DNA from: Azolla caroliniana
Taxonomy: Eukaryota; Plantae; Polypodiophyta
Assembly (NCBI GenBank): GCA_043228905.1
Contig: JBHGNT010000013.1
Coordinates: 13,206,001-13,270,000, forward strand
Length of the DNA: 64,000 nt
Direction of reading: 5' to 3'
How positions within the stretch are numbered: position 1 is the first letter of the stretch; every line of letters begins with the position of its first letter. The translations under genes and the position numbers were made by a program. The notes beneath the pieces were generated by a model. It searched no databases. It was not told the DNA's origin and saw nothing but the letters and a program-made list of their open reading frames with translations. Of the stretch, positions 38,545-51,637 are shown in pieces.

Positions 38545-41500
38545 TGGAATGTACAACCATGAGTTCACTGAGGCACCGACCTCGTGCTCACAGATCTTTG
38601 CCACAGGCGGCGGTTACAACAGAGGCAACGACCTCTTTCTCTCTCTCTCTCTCTCTCTGTATAGTTACACACACTCTCTGTTCTTGCACCAACAAGAATG
38701 ACAACAACAACAACAACAACAGTAACAACCATTACTAGAAGTTTGCCCTAAGTCATATTTATACTAATATGACTTTTCGGCTATTTACAAATGTAGTCGC
38801 GATGGACTATCAGAAAACATATTTACTAATATGTCTCTTCATCCGGTTCTCCGTAGCCGGGTACTCCTCATCCGGTCTTTCACCGGGTCTGCACCATCCG
38901 GCCCTCCGTAGCCGGGTACTCCTCATCCGGTCTTCACCGGGTCTGCATCATCCGGCCCTCCGTAGCCGGGTACTCCTCATCCGGTTCATACCGGGTCTGC
39001 ACCATCCGGCCCTCCGTAGCCGGGTACTCCTCATCCGGTCTTCACCGGGTCTGCATCATCCGGCCCTCCGTAGCCGGGTACTCCTCATCCGGTTCATACC
39101 GGGTCTGCACCATCCGGCCCTCCGTAGCCGGGTACTCCTCATCCGGTCTTCACCGGGTCTGCATCATCCGGCTCTCATACCGGGTCTGCACCATCCGGCC
39201 CTCCATAGCTGGGTACTCCTCATCCAGTCTTTCACCGGGTCTGCATCATCCGGCTCTCCGTAGCCGGGTACTCCTCATCCGGTTCATACCTCGGCCGAGT
39301 TTGTTCATCGGCACTGTTCTTCTCCATTCCCATCCGAAATCCGAAGGGACCTGTCTCCCAACAAGAAGGTTTGGTCAAATTAATACCCAATGTCAAGATT
39401 CGAACTCTTGACATGACCATGTTATAATATAGTATCATGGGTTAACCAATATATCTCGTACACAGTTGTGTATGTAATTGGTCCTTATTGTTTTGATAAC
39501 ATGATGTGCATAGTTTGTTCATCGGCATTGTTCTTCTCCCTTCCCATCCGGAGGGACCTATCTCCCAACAAACTCCCCCTTCACTCTGGCATGGGGTGTC
39601 TTACCAGTCTGATCCGCTTCCGGCATGCATCTAGCTTGTCGGGTATCAGAACTTTGGTCAGCATATCTGACCCGTTCTCGGCCGTGTGGATCTTCGTCAG
39701 CGCGAACTCCTGGTCATCTACTCTTTCCCGGATCCAGTGATATCTTCGCTGGATATGCTTCGTCCGAGAATGGTAGGCCGCATTCTTAGCAAGGTGGATG
39801 GCACTTTGACTGTCGCAATAGAGTCGGTATTCCTCTTGCCGGATACCGAGCTCTCCGATGAAGTCCTTCATCCATAATATTTCCTTGCCGGCTTCCACAG
39901 CCGCCATGTTCTCCGCCTCTGTGGTTAACAATGCAACCGTCTTCTGCAGCCTCGACTGCCACGAAACGGCTCCCCCTGCATATGTCATTACATACCTGGA
40001 AGTAGACCGGTTGGTATCCACATCAGCCGACATGTCTGAATCGGTGAAACCGTCAAGTTGAGGTTTTCCGGAGCCGAATCAAAGACACATATTTGAAGTG
40101 CCCTTCAAATATCAGAGTATCCATTTGACCGCGTTCCAGTGCTCCTTGTCGGGATTGCTCATAAACCGGCTCACCACTCCGACTGCGTATCTTATGTCTG
40201 GTCGGGTACAAACCATTGCGTACATCAAGCTCCCAACGGCAGAGGCATATGGAATCTTCATCATATCCGCCTTCTCAGCTTTCGTCTTCGGGCTTTGCTT
40301 ACCGGATAGCTTGCAATTTGCCGGAAGTGTCGATCCGACCGGTTTTGCTTCTGACATGTTGAACCGGTGAAGCACCTTTGTCACGTACTTCTCCTGTGAC
40401 AGCCATAATTGCTTCTTTGACCGGTCCCGAATGATATGCATCCCCAGCATCTGTCTTGCCGGATCCAAGTCTTTCATTGAGAAGGTCCGATTGAGAGCCT
40501 TCTTCAGCATCCGTATTTTGACTTGGTCACGTCCGACGATCAACATGTCATCCACGTATAGAAGGAGTAACAGGAAGTCGCCTCCTTCAAACTTCTTCAC
40601 AAACACGCAGTGATCGGCCTGCGTCTTGTGGTACCCTTGATCGGTCATGAAGGAGTCGAACTTCCGGTACCATTGACGAGGAGCCTGCTTCAGTCCGTAC
40701 ATTCTCTTCTTCAACCGGCATACCAGGTGCTCCTTCCCTTTCTCCATGAATCCTTCCGGTTGCTGCATGTAGATCTCCTCTTCGAGGTCGCCATGAAGGA
40801 ATGTCGTCTTCACGTCCAGCTGCTCTACCTCGAGGTCCATGCTTGCTGCTATACTCAGCATCGTCCGGATGGAGGTCATCTTTACTACCGGGGAAAATAT
40901 CTCATCGAAGTCCACGCCCTTCTTCTGCTGGAACCCCTTCACCACGATCCTGGCTTTGTATCTCGGGGGGTTTCTGGCATCTCCCGGTTTCAACTTGTAC
41001 ACCCACTTGTTTCGGAGTGCCCGCTTTCCTTTCGGCAGCTCCACCAATTCATACGTATGGTTCTCATGCAGGGAATCCATCTCGTCCTGCATGGCACTTA
41101 ACCATTTTCGGCTATGGGTGTCATCCTCCGCTTCTTTGAAGCTTTCCGGCTCCCCCTCATCGGTCAGCAGAACATGCTCTGCATCCGGAAATCTCCGGGG
41201 GCCCCTTCTCTCTCTGAGAGGATATCTCCGTCTTTGGGCTTCGGTAGCCGGCTCCTCCATTTGCTCTTCATCCGAATCTGATTCGGGGTCTTGGCCGGTT
41301 CCAGTCTCAGCTTCCTCTACTTCTTCTACAGCTCGTTCAGTATCCTCACCGTAACCGGCTGGTTCCTCGAGTGCTAACCGGTCTCTTGCCGGTTGGGTCT
41401 GCTCATCGTAGAGTCTATCCTTACCGGTCGACTCGGAGTTCATTATCTTCTTCTCCGACTCCCAGTCGGCGAGCATCTTGTCCTCCATGAAGATAATATC

Positions 41501-44453
41501 TCGACTCCGGAACATCATCGTCGTAACCGAGGAATATGCATGGCCGGGTCTTTGGGTCTAGCTTTCCTCTCCGGTCCTTAGCTACATGCACGTACGCGAG
41601 ACACCCGAACACCTTCAGATGCCGGTAGGACACTTCCTTACCGGTCCATACTCTCTGTGGCGTGTCTCCGTCCAAGGGTACTGAGGGTGATCTGTTTATC
41701 ACATATGTCGCCGTCGACAGTGCCTCAGCCCAAAACTTCTTGGGTAATTTAGTATGCACTAGCATACTCCGGACCCTCTCCATTATGGTCCTGTTCATCC
41801 TCTCGGCCAACCCGTTTAGTTCCGGCGTCTTCGACACGGTAAATTTGAGCCAGATTCCCTTCGAGCGACAGTACTCCTCGAACTGCCCCCGGTATTCACC
41901 TCTGTTATCTGCTCGAACCGCCTTCAACTTCCGGCCGGTTTCTCTTTCCACTCTCGCGTGGAGCTCTTTGAAGACGGATAACACCTGATCCTTCGTCTTC
42001 AACGGTGTGGCCCACAGCTTCCGGCTGTGGTCATCTATGAACGTCACGAAGTACTGCGCTCCGGCATGTGACTTCGTGTCTACTTGACACACATCCGTAT
42101 GCACCAGCTCCAGTGGTGCATTACGTCTCATCGGTGGCCTTGCTCGGAAGGAGGTCTGGTTCTGCTTACCGGCCAGACAATCAGTGCACTTCTCTAAGTG
42201 CACGTTCTTCACTGGAATGAGGTTGTCGTCTGCAAGCCTCTTCATTCCCTTCTTGCTCATATGACATAGCCTCTTGTGCCATAGCTCACCGGCAGTGTCG
42301 GATGCCACATTCACTTCTTCCAGACATAACCAGGTATTCATCAGGTACAGTGTGTTTACCTTCCGGCCCCAAGCCACAATCAGGCTCCCTCTGTTGAACT
42401 TCATGACACCGTTCCGGATACTACCCGTGTAGCCTTCATCATCTAGCCGACCGGTTGATATCAGGTTCAGTCGAACCTCCGGAACGTGTCGAACATCCTT
42501 CAGCAGCAACTTGCATCCGGTTGGTGTTGACAGCCACACGTCTCCTATGCCGACAATTCGGCATGTACCTTCATTCCCCATCCGGACACAGCCGTGGTCA
42601 CCGGCTGAGTAGGATGAGAAGCATTTCCGGTCCGGGGTAAGGTGGAACGATGCTCCGGAGTCTACCACCCAGGTCATCTCGTCGCCAGCAAGGTTTATCT
42701 CACTCTCCTCGGTGATGAGCATCAACTCTTCTTCACTTGCCACGATTGCCGTTGTTCCCTTCCGGTCCGGCCCCCTCCGGTCTTTACCGTTCCGGTCCGG
42801 GGTCTGCTTCGAATCGGTACCGTCGGTTTCCTTGTCTTTTCGGAAATGCCGACAGTTCTTTTGGAAGTGTCCCGGCTTGCCGCAATAGAAGCAAGTAGGT
42901 CTCCCCCTTGACTTTGACCGTGTCCCCGACTTCTCCCGGTTCTGGGGACTACAGTTTCTATGTCTTCCGCGTTTCGATTCGGTAAGGAGCGCTTTGGAGT
43001 CGGAGCTCGTATCTTTATCTTTTCGACGCGCCTCCTCATCTAGCAAGCTCGACTTTACTCTTGCTAGGGATAACCGTTTTCCTTCTGGCCCAGCGTTGCC
43101 CAAAGTGACAACCAACGTCTCCCAGCTATCCGGGAGGGAACCGAGCAGGAGTAACGCTAGTACCTCATCGGCGAGAGGTACTTCCAATGAAGTTGCCTGG
43201 TGGATCAGCCCCTGGAAGGCATTCATGTGCTCCGCCATGCTGGAGCCATCTTGGTACCGGAGTCTTATTAGCTTCCGGAATACTGAAACCTGATTAACAG
43301 CATTTTTGTTTTGAAACATTATGCCGATCTTCTCCCAGAGCTCATGAGCCTTGCTCTCTTCATTGAAGTTGTTGTACAGGCTCATGTCGATGAAGCACCG
43401 TATGTACGCCGTTCTCTTCATGTGCATCACCTCCCATATCGCGGCGTCGATTTTGTCCGGTCTCTTGTCCCCAAACTGAACCAGAAGCCAAAGATCTTTT
43501 ACCACGAGCATATCCCTCATCTTCGACTTCCACACTGAATAGTTGGAGCCGGTGAGCTTGAACATGCCGCCAAACGATTCGTCCATTTTTTATGTCGTTT
43601 TGCTCTGATACCACTTGTCGGGAACTGGTGGTTCCTTATGCGCAACGCTCGGCCACATTCGAGCTTAGAATGATACACAGAAAACGGGAAATAAAACGCG
43701 ACACAAAGAAGAGACGAGGTACACAGGAGGTTTACATGGAAAACTCCAAACTAGGGAAAAAAACCACGGCAGCCCACAGGCTACAAACTATCACTATGAT
43801 GGAATGTACAACCATGAGTTCACCGAGGCACCGACCTCGTGCTCACAGATCTTCGCCACAGGCGGCGGTTACAACAGAGGCAACGACCTCTTTTTCTCTC
43901 TCTCTCTCTGTACAGTTACACACACTCTCTATTCTTGCACCAACAAGAATAATAACAACAACAACAACAACAGTAACAACCATTACTAAAAGTTTGCCCT
44001 AAGTCATATTTATACTAATATGACTTTTTGGCTATTTACAAATGTAGCCGCGATGGACTATCAAAAAACATATTTACTAATATGTCTCTTCATCCGGTTC
44101 TCCGTAGCCGGGTACTCCTCATCCGGTCTTCACCGGGTCTGCATCATCCGGCTCTCCATAGCCGGGTACTCCTCATCCGGTTCATACCGGGTCTGCACCA
44201 TCCGGCCCTCCGTAGTCGGGTACTCCTCATCCGGTCTTCACCGGGTCTGCATCATCCGGCTCTCCGTAGCCAGGTACTCCTCATCCGGTTCATACCGGGT
44301 CTGCACCATCCGGCCCTCCATAGCTGGGTACTCCTCATCCGGTCTTCACCAGGTTTGCATCATCCGGCTCTCCGTAGCCGGGTACTCCTCATCCGGTTCA
44401 TACCTCGGCCCTGTTCTTCTCCCTTCCCATCCGGAGGGACTTGTCTCCCAACA
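38545..44453 (-). mobile_element. Element G: Tnt1-like copia related to D, 3' LTR truncated
   Basis: 5' LTR 43616-44453; 3' LTR 38545-39570. PBS at 43602-43613. PPT GAAGGGGGAGTT. ~56-bp CATCCGG tandem repeats in both LTRs. Confidence 0.94.
39581..43586 (-). pseudogene. Element G gag-pol with frameshifts
   Basis: ORFs of 721, 468 and 150 aa with CCHC, DSGAS, integrase core, YVDDML and RNase H; small deletion near 41515. Confidence 0.94.
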
Positions 44454-44650
44454 AGAAGGTTTGGTCAAATTAATACCCAATGTCAAGATTCGAACTCTTG
44501 ACACGACCATGTTATAATATAGTATCATGGGTTAACCAATATATCTAGTACACAGTTATGTATGTAATTGGTCCTTATTGTTTTGATAACATGATGTGCA
44601 TAGTTGCTCCCTTGCATTCGTCGTTGTTCGTCTGCGAGAAGACACAAATC

Positions 44651-45192
44651 ACCAAGCATGCCAAATGTGTTACCAATTAGGAACACTATCTACGGTTAGT
44701 CCTTTGACGTAGACCTCAAGGTGACTATGTTGCAAGGAATGGTACCGTCGTATCGTAATACGTGATGGGATACTCCCTCGTATCCTAGTAGCGTATAAGG
44801 GAGACGGCTACAACCAAACTCCTTAGAAAGTGCACTAGTATTCGCACTTACGCCTACACCCTTACGATTAACAGTATGCAACGGAGAACAAAGAACACAG
44901 TAGATAAAACCACAACTATGCACAAAAATAAGAGAAGATAGTATTCTATTAGAAAAATGCTCTATGCACCAAAATTACACGCTACCTCTTACAGAGGATT
45001 TCTGCCCTTTATATACACAGGGCCTTAGCCGTTCACGCTTCCCGTGTGAACTGTTACATGTGTTTCTTACGCTTTACTATATTATAATGCTTCTGCGCTT
45101 CTGTCCGTCGGTTACTATTCCGGTGGACAACAGAAATCATAAGCAACTTTTGGTGCTCTAATCAGTCGCATAGAGGTATACGACTTCTATCA
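44651..45192 (-). repeat. Probable 5' LTR (44668-45192) with decayed PBS of another LTR element
   Basis: Minus strand TGATA...TAACA followed by CATT-TGGCATGCTTGGTG; TATA-like run at ~45008-45015. Interrupts the LINE. Confidence 0.5.
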
Positions 45193-47152
45193 CTAGAGAA
45201 GATATGCACTCGACGATTGAGTGGAGGGCTAAATTTTCTTAATTTGCATTTGCATATGTTGGCTAGAAAAGCTACTTTGTTGCCAAATTTTGCTGAAAAA
45301 ACATTGCCTTGGGCAAGAATGCTATCTGATATGTTTGATCATTTGAAAACTAAGTCATTTGGCTCATGGGAAACTAACCATTGGGATGTAGTGTTTGGAA
45401 TGCTTGACGGGCACATCAAAGGTTGTCAGTTTAGTTCAAAGCTTCTAAAGCACTAGAAGGACGTCTTGTACCACATAAAATGGAGAGGTAGGAATTCAGA
45501 ATCAGGGAACTCTTTACGCCTCGAAAGCTTACACTGGAGTGCTATATTCCCACAGTCATTAGCTGAACAAGAGCCTAGGAAAACTTATTTTTTAGCAAAG
45601 AAGGGGTTGAAATCAATTGCAGATGTGGTAAATGACCAAGGTCTCTTATTGCACTTCAATGACATGACATGTTGCTATAATCTTAGGCCACATCATCGCG
45701 TAATTTAGAATCAAGTCACTGAGTTGATGCTTTCCTTAGTACTTGTGCTACCTCTCAATAGAGATCGCAAGATTCAGGATTGGATGTTACAAAAAGGGAA
45801 CATTGTTATTCCAATGCATAACATTACAGCAATTTCAGTGCATATGTTGCTGCAACTTGTCCCATGGTTTCACGAACATGCAAATGCATTATGGAACCTA
45901 CACAAAACGTTGTCGAGGAAATCCTTGCGTGTTCGCGAAATGAAGCGGGACCACCGGGGTCCTGGACTAGAAGGATTCAATATTTTTAGCAACATAAGCG
46001 AGAAAGTATTGAAGATAGATAGATGAAGAGAGAGAGAGAGAGATTGAACACTTGACTTTAGTTTTACGAAACAAGATACATCACCATTAGGATAACTCAG
46101 ATCTTTGATTAAAAGTTTATTTTTTACTTACATCACTTGCCTCTTACACAAGCCCCACTGTAGGCTTTTATAGGTCTCTCCATGCAAAAACCACGGGCTA
46201 AAACAATGGGCTAAAACCATGGGCTAAAAACACGGGCTAAAACCATGGTTTTGTGCCCACGGTTTTTATATGTTTGCTTCCTACGAAATATTGAATATGA
46301 AAAGAAAATATACAAAATTTTAAACACTTAGTAGTGGCTTTAGTAGTAAGTTAATTTGTCTCTTATTATGGAGGTGCAAGGTTCAAGCCTTGCTTGCACC
46401 CCTTCGTATGGACTCAAAGGTTACTAGGCTTTAGTCTTATTTTATTTACAAATGTTTGAGTGCACATTACACTTTTCTCGATTTTGTTTGTTCCACACAA
46501 TTTTCACACCGTTGCCGAAAATCTTCACGACAATGCAGTCCCAGTGGAATAACAGGCTTCCAAGTTTATGGAGCTCTGGTCTTCCCCTTAAGCAATGAGT
46601 ATTCCTATGGAGATGCTTATTGGGTGTGCTCCCGACTGGGTCGAATCTTCAAAAGAGATCGATAGCCTCGCCGCATTGTGCAAGATGTGGTGGACGATTG
46701 GAAACATTCCCACACTTATTATGGACTTGCTCATTCACTACAATATTTGTACAAAGACTAAGTGCATCTCTTTATCATAGATTTCCTGGCCGAAGGTTTG
46801 GTAATCACTTTTGGATATTTGGACAAATTCCATGCGCCTTATCCAACAATGCCTATTTTCTCCAATGGACACGATTTTGGGCACTTTGGACCATTTGGAC
46901 AACCCACAATAATAAGGTCTTTGATTGATTCAACCAATTGCATGAAGTTAGTTTCTTTAAGAAATCCCTTAGGCAATCTCTATTTGATTGTCTGCAACTT
47001 AGAGACATCACACTCAATTTTACAACCTTTACTTTGGGTGCTTTTAAGCTCTTTAGTGTCTAATCAACACTGCTATATTTTTCTTTATTCTTTGTGGGTT
47101 TTCACCTCACTTTGAGGTTTCCCACTAGTAATAAAAGTGTTACTAAAAAAAG
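45193..47152 (+). pseudogene. L1-like LINE ORF2 post-RT region, CCHC finger and A-rich tail, interrupted by a solo LTR
   Basis: GGLNFLNL, then LW..LP.K..VFLWR..GVLPT..CARCGGRLETFPHLLWTC and WTIWTTHNNKVF. AATAAAAG...AAAAAAA at ~47130-47151. Confidence 0.82.
45911..46532 (-). repeat. Solo LTR related to element E
   Basis: TGTCG...CGACA. Shares AAAACCATGGGC repeats and the GGTGCAAGGTTCAA..CTTGCTTGCACCC module with 34335-34975. Flanks ACGT/ATGC. Confidence 0.85.
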
Positions 47153-47729
47153 AGAGAATGCAATGGGGATCTAGATGGGGTTTTCGTAGTTAGTCCATAT
47201 GATATAGTAGTACATCCTTCTTGTTTGTTGTTCGCAATTCTTACGTTACAATTTATGAGGCCAGCATTTGGGAAAGAAAGCAAAGAGGCCTGCTTTTGTA
47301 GAGTTTTTTCGGGAGAAAGTGGTATGTTTTGTTGGTGGAGTCTTTTCTTCTTTGTGGACGTATGAATATGTCCGGACGGACTGACGGACGGACAGACGAA
47401 TATGTCCGGACGGATGATTCTGCCTGCTTTCCCAGCATCTGCGAAAGAAAGCAAACAGGCTTAATTTTGTAGAGTTTTTCCCGCTCCCATCGGTGCTCCT
47501 CCCTCCCTCCCTTCCTCTTGGATATGCCCATCCATTTAGGGTTTCTGTTTCGCAGAGCACAGGGATTCTTCCCTCCTATCACTGTGTATCTATTTTTTTC
47601 ATCTCACCTCCCGTTCTCGTTCCTTTTTATTTTTTTCCTACCTTTGTTGTCCATTTTTTTTTGTCTTCTCTCTCTCTCTCTCTCGTCTTATCTTATTCAC
47701 TGTATTCTCTGTTTTTGTCACAAAAGCAG

Positions 47730-48935
47730 GATCAGAATCGACCTATGGATTTAATTTCAGAACTTGATGAAGATGGAGTCGACTTTAGACGTTCAGATTC
47801 TGAAGAAAATTTCGATGATGAGGTTGGTCTTTTAGTTAGCTTGGAAACATCATATTTTTGTGTTAATATCACTTGGAATATTCGAAAATTGACTTCTAGT
47901 TTTTTGAGATTGGTGCTATTTAGAATGAGAACTCTGCAATTCATGTGAATAAATAATCCAACAAATTGAGACAAAGGACGATGAGAGTAGCCTTGTTTAT
48001 ATGATATTTACTTCATAAAATTCGGTTCAAGTGTAATATGCATGTGCAATATTTGAAAATCACCTTAAATAATTCAATGTGGAATTACAAATTACTCCAT
48101 AAATTAGGTATCTGTTAATTTATTATTTTTCGAGTTATTATTGCTCTCCAAATAGCGACTTTCATCTTGCCTTTATGAGAGTTTAGAATGTACAGGGTTT
48201 ATTCTTTCAAGTGCATTCACAATCTTGCAGACATAGCCTTGTATCGTATGCTATCTAAATGTTTCTAAATATTTGGAAACCTTAACGATTCTTCAGCATT
48301 TCCTGATTTCTCAAGATATTTGTTTTCTAGCTTTTACTCTAAGAAGTCTGGCTGTATATAACAGAATTGAGAGAAGATGATATTCAAGCATTTGGCTGCT
48401 TTTAGAAAGGAATGCTAAGAAAGACATTACTCTAGAGTGTATCTAATTATTGGAGAGGAGTTGATTTTGTAAGATAATTCTAGAAGTAGGGTAAAAGTCT
48501 TTGGAAGAGGTTATCTTGAAAATAATAATAAGAAACAATAGTGATATAAATTTATTATATAACAAGCAAACTTTATAGGCTACAAAAGGTCTAAGATCAT
48601 ATCGTGAGGAACTGAACTACTCATCGAGAAGGAGTATTGGCCTACATTTCCTTCTCACAAATGCAACAATTTATTAATCATACAAGATGGAATATACACA
48701 GTAAAAGATCAGGATAAATCACCTAGAACCAATCACATGGCAAATGTCTACAATATGATAAGATAATATCAATTCAAGAAGCATCTTTCAAACGAGAGTT
48801 TTGCTCATTGTTTGAAAATGGATAACAATAAAAAATAGGTATTATTCAGACAACCTGTATCCAAGCACCATTAGCATGAAGAGGAAAATATAACCAATGC
48901 TTGGTGCTCAAATAGGGAATTATTTGTGAGAAAAG
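47730..48935 (+). pseudogene. Possible decayed spliced gene or DNA-transposon remnant
   Basis: CT-rich leader, short acidic exon MDLISELDEDGVDFRRSDSEENFDDE (ATG 47745) ending AG|GTTGGT, AT-rich intron-like tract, then stop-riddled coding-like sequence. Confidence 0.35.
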
Positions 48936-48936
48936 T

Positions 48937-51400
48937 TGTTAATAGCAGCAGCAGAATAGTTGGTAGAACAAAAAATAAACACAGCCAAGCTGTGAGAAGG
49001 CTGTTAGACAACAATAGCAAAAATGGTTGCAAAGAGTAGAGACAGCCAAAGAGTAGAGCTTCTTTGCAAGTAACAACAAAAATAAAGTCTTTATAAAAGA
49101 GTCTGGTATAGCTTAATTATACAAAATTGGGGAAAGTGGGTGAAATGGCTATTTGGTAGTTAAGTGACTCTTGTACTACCAAACAGGTACAATAAACCAG
49201 GAATAAGAGGGAATATCTTGGAAAAAGTGGAAGAGAGAGAAGGCATTTAAAGCGTTGTAGATTCTAGAGAGAGAAGAATCTAGGAAGAGAGAGAATGTAG
49301 AACAGAGATAATAAAGATGAAAGAGAGTGCAAGTTTGGAGCTGCCACCCTCCAACACCTCCTTTAGCTCTAGAATGGTGGCCCAACATTGAGTCGACCAA
49401 GGGGCTGCTTGTGATTTCACTAATTCACGAACAAAATGGTAGTGCACTTCAATATGTTTTGTTCTACCATGAAATACGGAGCTATGTGCCACGGCACGGG
49501 CACTTTGGCTGTCGGTGAAAACTGCAATACGAGAGTCTTGCAAAACACCAATGTGAGAAAACAATTGCATTAACCATAGCAACTCACATCAAGTATCCAA
49601 GTAGGCTCGATATTCGGCTTTCGTCGATGAAGTAGAAACTGAGTTTTGCTTCTTTGATTTCCAAGAAATCAAGCCTGAACCTAACATAAAACAATAGCCA
49701 GATGTGGACTTTTTAGGATCAATATCACCTGCCCAATCAACGTCTGAGTAGCCAACAAGCTGAATGGCGCCTCTAAAAGAGAGATCATAGTCGAGTATGT
49801 TGGCCAAATACTGAAGAACTCGAATAGCTGCTTGCCAATGACTTTGTCTTGGAGCACTTGAGAATTGGTTGAGAATACTCATGCTATAGGACAAATCAGG
49901 CCTGGTATAAGTTAAGTGAAGAAGGGACCCAATTAACCTTCTATATTTTGTGATATCTTCAAATATGGGAGAATCATCTTCATGAGATAGCTTTGAGTTT
50001 GGATCCATTGGACAGGAGAGTGGCCTGCAATTTGACATGCTATATGTCTCAAGGAGTTGCCTGAGATACCTATGTTGGATGAGGAAGATACCACCATGTG
50101 ATTGATAGACATCCATACCTATGAAATAATGGAGAAGTCCTAGATCGGTCATTTCGAATGTTATTTTGAGGTTAGTGCGGAGCTCCTCGATTTTAGAAGA
50201 AAGGGACCTTGTAATTAGAAGGTCATCAACATATAATATGATCAAGCATAGCAAATTATCTTGAGAAAAAACATAGAGATTGTTGTCAGCATAATAGTGC
50301 AGAAACCCAAGAGAGAAAAAGAAGGTATCAATTTTGTCATGCCAAGCTTTGGGAGCTTGCTTTAAGCCATACAAGGCTTTGTGTAACCTGTAGACCATGT
50401 TTTTTTGCTTTGGAATCTCGAAACTTGGAGGCTGTTCAACATAAACTTCCTCTTTCAAATCACCATTAAGGAAGGCTGACTTGACATCCTTTTGAAAGAT
50501 GAACCATTTGTTGTGAACAGCAAGTGCAAGCGCACATTGAATATATGTGTACCTTGTTGGGGCAAAAGTTTCCTCGTAATCAACTCCTTCAACTTGTGAG
50601 TAGCGTTTTGCAACTAGACGTGCCTTATTCTTATCCAAAGTACCATCAACATGGTACTTGGTTTTGAAAATCCATTTCAATCCAATTGTGAGGAATAGTG
50701 CTCAACCACAACCGAGTCTCACCCAATCAATGGGAGAAAATAGAAAATAGAAATAAGACTACACGGAATATTAACGTGGAAAACCCTAATTGGGAAAATC
50801 CACGGGAGCCCACAGACTCCAACTATCACTATGAGAGAGAAAGGGTACAATGCAAGACTCAGAGGCAACGACCTCGAGCTCTATGTCTTCGCCAACCGGC
50901 GGTTACTACAAAAAACACTTTCTGTTTCTCTCTCGCACTCTCGCACTCTCTATGTCTCTATACAACAATAATGATAACAACCTATCCAAAACACTGTTGC
51001 CCTAGTTATATTTATACTTATATAACTTAAGGACTATTTACAAATATGACCTCAACGGTCACGTTTGAACATATTTACTAATATGTTCCTATCTGTGGGT
51101 TCATATCGGATCCGGCCGAACTCCTTCCGTATCCATCCGATCCGGTATCGGGATACCTTCTTGATCCATCCGGTCCGGTTCCTTCGGCTCGTCCGATCCA
51201 GCTCATCTGGAGGGACCTGTTTTTTAACACCAATGACATGCCTATGTTGAGGCTGAGGGACTAGCTCCCATGAGTCATCCAGCTTAGACTCCACAAAATG
51301 AACATCCCTAGAGATGACTAGGAACTTTGATTCTAAATCCCATAACCTTTAGGCTTTAGATTGTGGGTTGTAACCAAGAAACTTACATTTCTTGGTTGTT
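48937..51400 (-). mobile_element. Copia H1: 3' LTR (48937-49356), RNase H, RT and integrase scrap
   Basis: KWIFKTK, DVKSAFLNG, LYVDDLLI, YSDVDWAG and RTKHIEVHYHFVRE. LTR starts TGTTGGAGG after a purine tract. Confidence 0.9.
50687..51229 (-). repeat. Solo LTR of the D/G copia group inside H1 RT
   Basis: TG...CA with TSD CCAAT on both sides. Shares GTGGAAAACCCTAA.TGGGAAAA and CATCCG repeats with the D LTR. Removing it restores HVIG-LKW. Confidence 0.93.
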
Positions 51401-51637
51401 TATGGGTGGGGGGTGGAGTCGAGAATGGCTCCACCCCCCTCCCAAGGGGTTGAGCGTGATGGAGATAGAGATAGAAATGAGAGAAACAGAAAGAAACATA
51501 GAGAGGGAACTTCTTGTTGTGTGTCATTCATGCCCCATATGGGGTTATATAGCTACATGAGGCTTAGATGTCAATAAGATACATAGGGGTACATACCCCT
51601 CTAGCCATTCACACACACAACTCACTCACACTCTTTC

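Noticed and set aside
38769-39263. 164-aa repetitive ORF (PGLHHPALRSRVLLIR)n and twins at 44020-44517
   Set aside because: Translation of LTR tandem repeats, antisense to the element; no independent sign of coding function.
51404-51443. GC-rich hairpin as a Helitron 3' end or terminator
   Set aside because: No CTRR terminus follows and there is no U-tract.
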